DNA from: a bacterium
Lineage (GTDB): Bacteria; Patescibacteriota; Minisyncoccia; Phycocordibacterales; UBA5272
DNA length: 64,000 nucleotides
Direction: 5' to 3'
Assembly (NCBI GenBank): GCA_023267595.1
Contig: JAHFNB010000002.1
Location: forward strand, 23,947-87,946
How positions within the stretch are numbered: position 1 is the first letter of the stretch; each line of letters opens with the position of its first letter. This document shows, piece by piece, positions 31,362 to 41,700 of this stretch. Below the pieces are notes generated by a model. It ran no database searches, had not been told where the DNA came from, and saw only the letters and a program-made list of their open reading frames with translations. The position numbers and the translations under genes were made by a program.

Positions 31362-31760
31362 ATGAAGCAAATTTTATCAAAAATAAATTATTGGAATCTT
31401 GGTGTTGGTATGTTATTTGGGTTTATATTTGGAGTATGTCTTGTCTCATTTCTTGTACCATCAGGATTGGATATGATTCGTGTGTATCATATGGAGCAGT
31501 ATAGAGATTATAAAAATGGTACTATGATGATGAATCATACATCATCTAGTATTGGTAACAAGTATATGATGGGTACAGTTACATCTGAGAAGCAATTCGT
31601 AGAAGATATGATAGAACATCATGAGGCAGCAGTGATTATGGCAAAGCAGGTTCTTATGCTTAACCCACGGGCAGATATAAAAGCATTAGCAGAAGATATC
31701 ATTACTGCTCAAACAGGGGAAATAAAAATGATGAAAGGTTGGCTTATCAATTGGAAATAA
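31362..31760 (+). CDS. DUF305 ferritin-like membrane-anchored protein
   Basis: FVEDMIEHHEAAVIMA...IITAQTGEIKMM. Confidence 0.8.
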   Translation: MKQILSKINYWNLGVGMLFGFIFGVCLVSFLVPSGLDMIRVYHMEQYRDYKNGTMMMNHTSSSIGNKYMMGTVTSEKQFVEDMIEHHEAAVIMAKQVLMLNPRADIKALAEDIITAQTGEIKMMKGWLINWK

Positions 31761-31772
31761 CTGGATACAATT

Positions 31773-32495
31773 ATGAAACATGCATTAAATATCACAAATC
31801 TTCGTAAAACCTACGAAGGAGGAAAGCAAGCCCTTAAGGGTGTAGACCTACTTATAGAAGAAGGTGAATTTTTTGCATTACTTGGTCCAAATGGTGCAGG
31901 GAAGACAACACTCATTAGTATTACTTGTGGACTTGTACAAAAAAATCCAGAAGATGGAAAAGTATTTGTACAAGGACATAATATTGATACAGATGGTGAT
32001 AATGCAAAAGTAAATATTGGTCTAGTACCTCAGGAATTTAACGCAGACATTTTTACAAAAGTTGAAGATATTCTCTATATTCAAGCAGGGTATTATGGTA
32101 TTTCTCGTAAGGAAGCAAAAGAACAAGTTGAGATGCTCTTAGAAAAATTATCTTTGAAAGAAAAAAGAAAAAGTACACCAATGGAATTATCTGGTGGAAT
32201 GAAACGACGTCTTTTAATTGCACGGGCACTTGTACATAAACCAACTTTTCTTTTCTTAGATGAACCAACTGCAGGAATTGATGTAGAACTTCGTCATGAG
32301 ATGTGGAAGTTTTTACAAGAGTTAAATAAAAGTGGGGTAACTATTGTCCTTACTACACACTATTTAGAAGAAGCAGAAAAATTATGCAAACGTATTGCTA
32401 TTATTGCGCACGGTGAAATAAAACGTCTCGGTACTATGGAAGAAGTGTGTAATGGTCGGAAATTAGAGGAAGTATACTTAGAAATAACCAAATAA
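31773..32495 (+). CDS. ABC-2 transporter ATP-binding protein (YadG-like)
   Basis: GPNGAGKTT, LSGGMKRR, LDEPT, TTHYLEEAE. Confidence 0.93.
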   Translation: MKHALNITNLRKTYEGGKQALKGVDLLIEEGEFFALLGPNGAGKTTLISITCGLVQKNPEDGKVFVQGHNIDTDGDNAKVNIGLVPQEFNADIFTKVEDILYIQAGYYGISRKEAKEQVEMLLEKLSLKEKRKSTPMELSGGMKRRLLIARALVHKPTFLFLDEPTAGIDVELRHEMWKFLQELNKSGVTIVLTTHYLEEAEKLCKRIAIIAHGEIKRLGTMEEVCNGRKLEEVYLEITK

Positions 32496-32500
32496 CTACT

Positions 32501-33274
32501 ATGACATTTCGCCAAAAATATATTGCATTCCTCACTATCTTTAATAAGGAAGTTATAAAATCAGTTCGTACTTGGAAGACTACTTTTTTACCTGCAATTA
32601 TTACAACAGTACTATACTTTCTTATTTTTGGAACATTTATTGGTTCTCAAATAAAGTCCATCGGTGGTGCGTCATATATGTCATTCATTGTTCCTGGCCT
32701 TGTGATGATGTCTATTTTTATGAATTCTTTTCAAAGTATGCTTTTTAAGTTTTATTTTTTGAAATTTCAAAAAACTATTCATGAAATTCTCATCTCTCCA
32801 ATGCCTGCATGGCTTGTGGTGTTCAGTTATATAGCATGTTCTGTATTTAACGGGGTTATTATAGGCACTCTTGTTTTTGCTAGTGCATATTTTTTCGAAA
32901 CGATTCCTGTGGCACATCCATTTCTTGCATTATTAATTGTACTTTTAGTTGCAACTTTTTTTGCATTACTCGGTCTTATCAATGCTGTCTATGCAAAGAC
33001 ATTTGAGGATATGAGTATAGCCCAGACTTTTGTACTTACGCCACTTACATACTTAGGAGGAATTTTTTATTCTATTACATTACTTCCAAGTATTTGGCAA
33101 ACAGTATCTCACTTTAACCCAATACTTTATATGATAAATGCATTTAGATATAGCATACTTGGGTTTTCTGATATCTCGCTCATGACTTGTTTATTAGTAA
33201 TCTTAGGAGGAATAGTTATTGCATTTTCTTGGGTATTATATCTCTTTAAAACAGGGCGTGGACTTAAAGCATAG
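32501..33274 (+). CDS. ABC-2 transporter permease (YadH-like)
   Basis: YMSFIVPGLVMM, VLTPLTYLGGIFY, NPILYMINAFRY. Confidence 0.9.
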   Translation: MTFRQKYIAFLTIFNKEVIKSVRTWKTTFLPAIITTVLYFLIFGTFIGSQIKSIGGASYMSFIVPGLVMMSIFMNSFQSMLFKFYFLKFQKTIHEILISPMPAWLVVFSYIACSVFNGVIIGTLVFASAYFFETIPVAHPFLALLIVLLVATFFALLGLINAVYAKTFEDMSIAQTFVLTPLTYLGGIFYSITLLPSIWQTVSHFNPILYMINAFRYSILGFSDISLMTCLLVILGGIVIAFSWVLYLFKTGRGLKA

Positions 33275-33298
33275 TATGTTTGGTATACTTTTCCTTAT

Positions 33299-33892
33299 AT
33301 GGAAAAGAGAGACCAGATGAAACAGATACGAGATGAATTGCTTGATTTTAAGGTATCACCACTATATGTGTATAGAACAGAAAATAACTATTTCCCAGTT
33401 ATTGGCGAGGGATCACATGACGCAAGAATAGTTTTTATTGGTGAAGCACCAGGGGAGCAAGAAGCAAAAACAGCACGACCATTTTGCGGTAGATCAGGAA
33501 AACTACTTGATGAAATGCTCGTATCAATTAATCTAGATAGAGAAAAAGTTTATATCACTAATCTTGTAAAAGATCGCCCACAGAATAATCGTGACCCTAG
33601 TTTTGAAGAGATACAATTGTATGCTCCATTTCTTGATAGACAATTAGACATTATACGACCACGAGTTATTATTATGTTGGGGCGTCACAGTATGAATTAT
33701 TGTTTTGAAAAAGCAGGCATCAAAGAACAATTAGAACCAATAAGTAAAATACATGGGAAAGTTTTTAAAGGAAAATTATCATATGGTGAGGTGATATTAC
33801 TTCCGCTCTATCACCCAGCATATGCACTTTATAATCCGAATAATAAAGTTACCTTATTTGAAGACTTTAAACACGTACAACAATTTCTCTAG
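33299..33892 (+). CDS. Uracil-DNA glycosylase family 4
   Basis: FIGEAPG, YITNLVK, NRDP, PLYHPAYALY. Confidence 0.9.
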   Translation: MEKRDQMKQIRDELLDFKVSPLYVYRTENNYFPVIGEGSHDARIVFIGEAPGEQEAKTARPFCGRSGKLLDEMLVSINLDREKVYITNLVKDRPQNNRDPSFEEIQLYAPFLDRQLDIIRPRVIIMLGRHSMNYCFEKAGIKEQLEPISKIHGKVFKGKLSYGEVILLPLYHPAYALYNPNNKVTLFEDFKHVQQFL

Positions 33893-33894
33893 TA

Positions 33895-34479
33895 TTATTT
33901 TATTTTCTTGGCAGAGTATTCTATCTTTTTTAAAAATGTTTGGAAGTGATTTATTTTCTTTTCTCCTTGATAAATATCCAAATGCCCACAGATTTTTACG
34001 TCAATAACTTCTACTCCAGTAAATCCAAATACACACAGTTTCCAATATGAAAGAAGTGGCATAAAGATGAAATGGTAAAACCATGAAGCACCGCCATTAG
34101 TTACAAATATCTTTGCAGTTTTTCCTTTTAGTAATTTTTTTACTTTATGAGGACCAGTAAACTTGTAAGCAAATCCCATCCAAAAGGTAAGATCTGCCCA
34201 GTTTTTCATAATTGCCGGAGGAAGTCCCCACCAAATAGGATGTATAACAACGATTTCATGAGCCCAGGCTACTTGTTCTTGGAATTTCTTTTGTATCTTA
34301 GAAGGTTTAAATGTTCTAATATTTTCGAAGGTTAAGAGATCTACTGAATATTCTTTTGCATAGAGATCCACAATTTTTATATCATTATATTTTGATTTTT
34401 TTGCAACAGTATATGTCTGTGCAATCATATGTGTATGTCCAACAGATGATGGATGTGCAGTTACGATGAGTATATTCAT
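33895..34479 (-). CDS. Flavodoxin-like NAD(P)H-dependent oxidoreductase (MdaB/KefF type)
   Basis: ILIVTAHP, HPIWWGLPPAIMKNW, LLKGKTAKIFVT. Confidence 0.85.
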   Translation of the reverse strand: MNILIVTAHPSSVGHTHMIAQTYTVAKKSKYNDIKIVDLYAKEYSVDLLTFENIRTFKPSKIQKKFQEQVAWAHEIVVIHPIWWGLPPAIMKNWADLTFWMGFAYKFTGPHKVKKLLKGKTAKIFVTNGGASWFYHFIFMPLLSYWKLCVFGFTGVEVIDVKICGHLDIYQGEKKINHFQTFLKKIEYSAKKIK

Positions 34480-34564
34480 GAGAACAGTATATAAGGACTA
34501 GGGATTAGGGACTAGTGGATACAAAATAACAAACCGGCTACGTGCGTGCCGGTTTGGGGTACTG

Positions 34565-35218
34565 TTACATCCATTTGTTGTCAAAAATGAAATGAACATC
34601 ACTTTTCCCATCTTCGCCAACTGTATGTTCTTCGCGTATTTCGAAATCTCGTGGAAGAGTGAGGTCACTGTCTGTTCGCACAAAGAAATAATTATTTTTG
34701 TTATTATGATTGATTTCACGCAAAATCCAGATCTCATCTAATGGTTGATTATTCCAATAGCGGTGATCTGTAAAAGAATGAATAATTGCATACCTTTTCC
34801 CTACACGCATAAATGGTGGTAGAGAAGAATGAGAAAGTCTATGGATTTTTTCAGGTATCCTATTTGCCATTACTTCCTTCATCCATCCAGTTCCTTCCGA
34901 AAAGAAAAATGCGGAAAGAAAAATTGAAAGAAAGAATATAGAAACAGAGTCCCCATATTCTTTAAAGAAGAAAGAGACAATAATCAGAGAAAGTATTGCA
35001 ATTACAATTATTGGTCTTGCAAAGCTTATCCAATGTTTACGTAGTTCTTCATCAGACATTTTTGTGTATTTTTCTGTAGCCATGAATCTCATGTAAGCAA
35101 GATACACTATGAAATATGGTGTTTTTGTCGGTTTCTCAAATGCAAGATAGAATAATCCAAGCCCCAAGAGAATTTTCCCCACAAAAGCCAAGATCTTGAT
35201 TTTTTTGCTAGTTTCCAT
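34565..35218 (-). CDS. Orphan membrane protein
   Basis: 4 N-terminal TMs; TTGACA-17-TAGTGT promoter, GGGGA SD-like site, hairpin at 34530-34556. Confidence 0.65.
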   Translation of the reverse strand: METSKKIKILAFVGKILLGLGLFYLAFEKPTKTPYFIVYLAYMRFMATEKYTKMSDEELRKHWISFARPIIVIAILSLIIVSFFFKEYGDSVSIFFLSIFLSAFFFSEGTGWMKEVMANRIPEKIHRLSHSSLPPFMRVGKRYAIIHSFTDHRYWNNQPLDEIWILREINHNNKNNYFFVRTDSDLTLPRDFEIREEHTVGEDGKSDVHFIFDNKWM

Positions 35219-35296
35219 CAGAATCCCCAGTTGGTTTATTTGTAAAGTTACAGTTCAAGTGTAACACTACCTCTTTTAAAGAGGGGTGTCAATTTA

Positions 35297-35327
35297 GAGG
35301 TCGGCAAGGCGAAGCCTTGCCGACCTC
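35297..35327. repeat. Perfect 14-bp GC-rich palindrome with GAA loop (REP-like)
   Basis: GAGGTCGGCAAGGC-GAA-GCCTTGCCGACCTC. Confidence 0.8.
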
Positions 35328-35517
35328 GTATTTTCAGGGTTTATCTATTATCCACTATCCACCGCTAACTCTAGACTAATAGCCGTACCTATGATATAAT
35401 CGCCTGACTATTGACCACTGATTTAGTTTCGAGCGAGGACAATAAGAGTTGTAATAAAAGGGGAAATTATTAAGGATTCTTTATTTTTATAATAAGCCAA
35501 AGTAGGAAAGGCCTACT

Positions 35518-38500
35518 TTGGCGACATTTGTTGTTATGCCAAAAACACATTCACGCCCACAAAAGACATTTGCTAAGTATCGTGAACCACTTACTAAACT
35601 TCCTAACCTCGTCGAAAACCAAATCCTTTCATACAAAGACCTCACAGAAAAAGGAATTGTAGAAATTTTCCGAGAGTTCTCACCACTTCGTGATTATTCA
35701 GAAAAGAAGTTTGATCTTGAATTTATTTCATTTGAACTCTCTACTCCAAAGTATGATGAAGTGCATGCAAAAAATAATAAGTTAACATACGAAGCACCAT
35801 TACGTGCTCGTGTTAAGTTGACTAACAAAATCTTGAATACTGTTAAAGAACAGGAAATTTTCATGGCAGATTTTCCTTTAATGACAGTTCACGGAACATT
35901 TATCATAAACGGCGTAGAACGTGTTGTGGTTCCTCAACTCGCACGTTCTTTCGGAGTTTTCTTTGATTCAGAAGAATCAAAAGGAAAGAGATATTTTGGT
36001 GCAAAGATTATTCCTGCACGTGGTGTGTGGATAGAACTTGGTTCTGAGGCAGATGGAGGTATGTATGTACGAATCGATAAGAAGAGAAAGTTTTCTATTA
36101 TTGCACTTCTTCGTGTACTTGGTTTTTCAACTGATGATCAGATCAAAGCAGCCTTTAAAGATCATGATGTAGCAGGTCCACTTATGTCTGCACTTGTTGA
36201 TCGTGACGAAATAAAGACTATTCATGATGCATATATAGAAATATATAAACGTCTTCGTGATGGAGATCTTGCTACACCTGAGAATGCAAAAGAACATATT
36301 GATTCTATTATTTCTCCTGAACGATATGACTTATCTCCAGTTGGACGATTCCGTTTTAATAAACGTTTTGGTAAGTCAATTGATCCAAAAGATAAAGATG
36401 CATCACGTCGAACACTTTCAAAAGAAGATTTGGTAGATATCATTAATCATATTGTTGAATTAAACAATAATCCAAATGCACAAGAAGATGATATCGACCA
36501 CTTAGGATCTCGTCGTGTACGTTATGTTGGTGAGATGATGGCACAAAAGATTCGTACCGGTATGATGCAGATGAAGAGAAATATTCAAGATAAGATGTCA
36601 GTTATTGATACTGATACAACTCTTCCTATTGCCATTATCAATCAACGTCCTCTTCAAGCACGTATCAAAGAATTCTTTACGACAAACCAATTGTCACAGT
36701 TCATGAATCAGGAAAACCTTCTTGCAGAAGTAGAACACTTGAGAACTCTTTCTGCACTTGGTCCAGGAGGTCTCACTCGTGAACGAGCAGGATTTGAAGT
36801 GCGTGATGTGCACACATCACACTATGGTCGTGTATGTCCTATTCACACACCAGAAGGTCCAAACATTGGTCTTATTTTACGTCTTTCAAATTACGCACGT
36901 ATTAATGATTTCGGTATTATCGAAACACCATACGTAAAAATAAAAGAAGGAAAAATTACAAAAGAAATTGTCTATATGAATGCTCTTGAAGAAGAACGTC
37001 ATATTATTGCACATGCTGGAAATGAATACGGAGAGGATGGGAAATTAGTACAAGAAGAAATTGAAGTGAGAAAGGCTGGGCAACCAGGGCTTGCACTTCG
37101 TAATGAAGTAGAGTTTATTGATGTAGCAACAAATCAAGCATTTTCAGTTGCGACATCTATGATTCCATTCCTTGAACATGATGATGCGTCTCGCGCACTC
37201 ATGGGTTCAAACATGCAGAAACAAGCAGTGCCACTTATGTGTCCAGAGGCACCTCTTGTTGCAACAGGAATGGAAGGAGAAGCAGCAAAGCATATTGGGC
37301 GACTCATTATTGCAGAAGAAGCAGGTGAAGTTAAATATGTAGATGCAAAGAAAATTGTGGTAAAAGGTGAAAAGAAAGAACAAGAATATGCACTTATTAA
37401 CTTTGCACGAACAAACGCATTTAATCTTTTTCACCAAAGACCAATTGTCTCTCTTGGAGATAAAGTCAAGAAAGGACAAGTACTTGCGGATGCAGCAACA
37501 TCAGATAGAGGACAAATTGCTCTTGGTCATAATGTTCGTGTAGCCTTTATGTCATGGAATGGTGCGAACTATGAAGATGCCATTATTCTTTCAGAACGTC
37601 TTGTAAAAGAAAGTAAGTTTTCTTCTATTCACATTGAAGAATTTGTATGTAATGTACGTGATACAAAACTAGGTGCTGAAGTAACAACGCATGATATTCC
37701 AAATGTTGGAGAAAATAAACTTAAAAATCTTGATGAGGATGGAATTATTCGTATCGGAGCAGAAGTTCGTCCAGGAGATATATTAGTTGGAAAGATTACA
37801 CCAAAAGGTGAGACAGAACTTACTCCAGAAGAAAGACTTCTTCGTTCAATCTTTGGTGAAAAAGTTCGTGATGTAAAAGATTCATCACTTCGATTGGACC
37901 ATGGAAAGCGTGGACGTATTATTGGTGTAAAAGTTTTCTCACGTGAACGAGGAGATAATCTAGAATCAGGAATTATTAAGCGTATTCATATCGAAGTTGC
38001 ACAAGTTCGTAATATTTCTGTTGGTGACAAACTTGCAGGACGTCACGGAAACAAGGGTGTTATTTCAACAATTCTTCCTGTAGAAGAAATGCCATTTGAT
38101 AAAGATGGAACTCCAATTGATATTATTCTTACACCGCTTGGTGTGCCATCACGTATGAATTTGGGACAAATTTTGGAGATGCATCTTGGTCTTGCAGCAG
38201 ATACACTTGGTTACCAAGCAATCGTACCTTCATTCCAAGGAGCATCAGATAAAGAAATTAAAGAAGAACTTGTAAAAGCAGGACTCAATGAATCAGGAAC
38301 AGTACAACTCTATGATGGTCGTACAGGTGAGGCATTTAATCAAGAAACTGCAATTGGTGTGATGTATATTATGAAACTTCACCATATGGTGGAAGATAAG
38401 ATTCACATGCGATCAATCGGTCCTTACTCTCTTATTACACAACAACCACTCGGTGGAAAAGCACAAGGTGGAGGACAACGTTTCGGAGAAATGGAAGTAT

Positions 38501-38742
38501 GGGCACTTGAGGGTTATGGAGCATCACATATTTTGCGTGAAATGTTAACCGTAAAGTCTGACGATATCGTAGGACGTTCATCAGCATTCGATAGTATCAT
38601 CAAGGGTGAAGATGTAAAGGAACCAAACACTCCTGCATCATTTACAGTGATGTTAAATACATTACGAGGATTATCATTGGATGTTATCCCGCGTGAGAGA
38701 AAGTCGACTGACGCGCCAGTATTAGGAGAATCATCTCTATAA
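35518..38742 (+). CDS. rpoB: RNA polymerase beta subunit (ATG start probably 35536)
   Basis: GTFIINGVERV, HYGRVCPIHTPEGPNIGL, GDKLAGRHGNKG, GGQRFGEMEVWALE. Confidence 0.99.
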   Translation: MATFVVMPKTHSRPQKTFAKYREPLTKLPNLVENQILSYKDLTEKGIVEIFREFSPLRDYSEKKFDLEFISFELSTPKYDEVHAKNNKLTYEAPLRARVKLTNKILNTVKEQEIFMADFPLMTVHGTFIINGVERVVVPQLARSFGVFFDSEESKGKRYFGAKIIPARGVWIELGSEADGGMYVRIDKKRKFSIIALLRVLGFSTDDQIKAAFKDHDVAGPLMSALVDRDEIKTIHDAYIEIYKRLRDGDLATPENAKEHIDSIISPERYDLSPVGRFRFNKRFGKSIDPKDKDASRRTLSKEDLVDIINHIVELNNNPNAQEDDIDHLGSRRVRYVGEMMAQKIRTGMMQMKRNIQDKMSVIDTDTTLPIAIINQRPLQARIKEFFTTNQLSQFMNQENLLAEVEHLRTLSALGPGGLTRERAGFEVRDVHTSHYGRVCPIHTPEGPNIGLILRLSNYARINDFGIIETPYVKIKEGKITKEIVYMNALEEERHIIAHAGNEYGEDGKLVQEEIEVRKAGQPGLALRNEVEFIDVATNQAFSVATSMIPFLEHDDASRALMGSNMQKQAVPLMCPEAPLVATGMEGEAAKHIGRLIIAEEAGEVKYVDAKKIVVKGEKKEQEYALINFARTNAFNLFHQRPIVSLGDKVKKGQVLADAATSDRGQIALGHNVRVAFMSWNGANYEDAIILSERLVKESKFSSIHIEEFVCNVRDTKLGAEVTTHDIPNVGENKLKNLDEDGIIRIGAEVRPGDILVGKITPKGETELTPEERLLRSIFGEKVRDVKDSSLRLDHGKRGRIIGVKVFSRERGDNLESGIIKRIHIEVAQVRNISVGDKLAGRHGNKGVISTILPVEEMPFDKDGTPIDIILTPLGVPSRMNLGQILEMHLGLAADTLGYQAIVPSFQGASDKEIKEELVKAGLNESGTVQLYDGRTGEAFNQETAIGVMYIMKLHHMVEDKIHMRSIGPYSLITQQPLGGKAQGGGQRFGEMEVWALEGYGASHILREMLTVKSDDIVGRSSAFDSIIKGEDVKEPNTPASFTVMLNTLRGLSLDVIPRERKSTDAPVLGESSL

Positions 38743-38763
38743 TTTGTAACTTAAAAAAACACT

Positions 38764-41700
38764 ATGAAAACAATCAATACAACTAATTTTGACGGACTAG
38801 GAATCAAGATTGCTTCACCAGAAGCAATCGCATCGTGGTCATTCGGTGAAGTTACAAAGCCAGAGACGATTAACTACCGTACAGGACGTTCTGAACGTTA
38901 TGGACTATTCGACGAAAGAATATTCGGACCTGAGAAAGATTATGAATGTTACTGTGGAAAATATCGTCGTATTCGTTTCAAGGATATTATTTGTGAAAAA
39001 TGTGGAGTAGAAGTAACAAAATCAATTGTTCGTCGTGAACGAATGGGTCATATTACACTTGCATCTCCAGTTGCGCATATTTGGTTCTTGCGTACTGTAC
39101 CTTCACGTATTGCTCTTATTCTTGCACAACCAGTAGGAGATGTAGAAAAAGTAGTGTACTTTGCCGGATATGTTGTGAAGTCGGTGAATGAAACTGCAAA
39201 AGCACAGATCTTATCTGATCTAGATTCAGAGTTCAAGGCGAAAGTAAAATCTGCAAATGATGAAAAGACACAGGATAAACTCCGTGAACTTTTAACAGCA
39301 ACTAAGAAGGAGATTGAAGAAATTAAACCTTGGAAAATCTTTGATGAACTTACGTATCACCGTTATGCGATGAAGTATGGAACATGTTTCGAAGCAGGAA
39401 TCGGTGCAGAAGCATTATACGAAATATTTAAGACAATTAATTTAAAAGACCTTGAAGCAAAGATTGTTCTTCAACTTGAAAAAGCCGGAGCACTTGAACG
39501 TGAAAAAGCAGAAAAGCGTTTATCACTCGTACGAGCATTTCAAAATTCTGATATTCGTCCTGAATGGATGTTCATGACAGTTATTCCAGTTATTCCTCCA
39601 GGTATTCGTCCTATGGTTGCTCTTGAAGGTGGACGTTTTGCGGCATCAGATGTGAATGATTTGTATCGTCGTGTAATCAATCGTAATAATCGTTTGAAGA
39701 AATTGATGGAAATCGGAGCACCAGATGTTATCTTGCGAAATGAAAAGCGTATTTTACAAGAAGCAGTAGATGCACTCATTGATAACTCTGCACGTCATGG
39801 ACAAGATGCGGTGATGAGTCAATCACAAAAGAGACAACTTAAGTCTCTCTCTGATAATTTGAAAGGAAAGCAAGGACTTCTTCGTGGAAATCTACTTGGA
39901 AAGCGTGTGGATTATTCTGCACGTTCTGTTATTGTGGTTGGTCCGTCACTTTCACTTAATGAATGTGGACTTCCAAAGCATATGGCACTTGAACTTTTCA
40001 AGCCATTTATTATTTCAAAGATTCTCGAACGAGAACTTGCATTTAACATTCGTGGTGCGAATAAATTGATAGAAGATGCAATTCCAGAAGTATGGGCAAT
40101 TTTGGAAGAATGTATTGAAGGAAAATATGTTCTCCTTAACCGTGCGCCAACGCTTCACCGACTTGGTATCCAAGCATTTAATCCAAAACTTATTGAAGGA
40201 AATGCTATTCAACTTCACCCACTTGTATGTCAGGCTTTCAACGCGGATTTTGACGGTGACCAAATGGCCGTACACTTACCACTTTCTGTTGCAGCACAAG
40301 AGGAAGCAAGAACACTTATGGCGGCAAATAGAAACTTGCTCAAGCCAGGGTCTGGAGATTCAATTGTGAATCCTCGTATGGATATGGTTCTTGGTGCATA
40401 TTGGATGACAAAAGTTTTGGAGGGAGAAAAAGGTGAAGGGAAATATTTCGGTTCACCAAACGAAGCAATTACTGCATATGACTTCGACATCGTGTCATTT
40501 CGCGCAAAAATTTGGGTAATGCCATCTGATAAAGAAAAGTACGCAAAGTTTGAAGGAAAGCGTTTTGAAACAACAGTAGGACGTTTACTTTTCAACTCTG
40601 TACTTCCAAATGACTTCGCATACATTAACGATGAAGTAACGATAAAGAGAATGAATGCAATTATTGATGAAGTTATCTTGACTTATGGTCTTGAAACTGC
40701 ACCGTCAGTAATCGATAAGATAAAAGCATTTGGATACAAGTATGCAACTGTATCTGGTACAACATGGGGAATTGATGGCGTGAAAGTTCCACAAGAAAAA
40801 ACTGCACTTGTTGATGAAGGATGGACACAAGCAGCACGGGTTGATTCTGATTATGAAGAGGGACTTTTATCTGCAGAAGAACGTTATGAAAAGACAATAG
40901 AAGTATGGCAAGATGTTCGTGCAAAGATTGAGAAACTTATGCCACTTGCTATAGAAAAAAATGGTTCTGCATATGACATGATCACTTCCGGTGCCCGAGG
41001 AACTATTGCTCAGGTGATTCAGATGGCAGGTATGAAGGGTATTATTGTGAACAACTCAGGACGTAATATCGACTTTCCAGTTATCTCATCATACAAAGAA
41101 GGGCTTACTCCACTAGAATACTTCATTACAACATACGGCGCTCGTAAAGGTAACTCAGATACTGCTCTTAAGACTGCACAAGCCGGATATCTTACACGAC
41201 GTTTGGTGGATGTTGCACAAGATGCAATCATTACAGAAATTGATTGTGGTACAAAAGAAAGTAAACTTGTTCGAAAAGAAAATGCGCTTGGTATTGAAGT
41301 TCCAATTTCAAAAAATATTCGTGGACGTGTTCTTGCGGAAGAAATTAGTGCAAATGGAGTATTATTCAAGAAGAATCATCTTGTATCAAAAGACGATGCA
41401 CTTGTGATTGAAAATGCAGGTATCGAAGAAGTAAAAGTATTTTCTCCACTTGGATGTTTATCACTACATGGTCTTTGCCAAAAGTGTTATGGTCTTGATA
41501 TGGGGCGTAATAAAAAAGTAGATATTGGAGAGGCAGTTGGAATCGTTGCGGCACAAGCCATCGGTGAACCAGGAACACAGTTGACTATGCGTACATTCCA
41601 CGCTGGAGGAGTATCTGGAGTGGATATTACACAAGGTCTTCCACGTGTTGAAGAAATCTTTGAACGACGTGCCCCAAAAAATCCTGCAATTATTGCTCAT

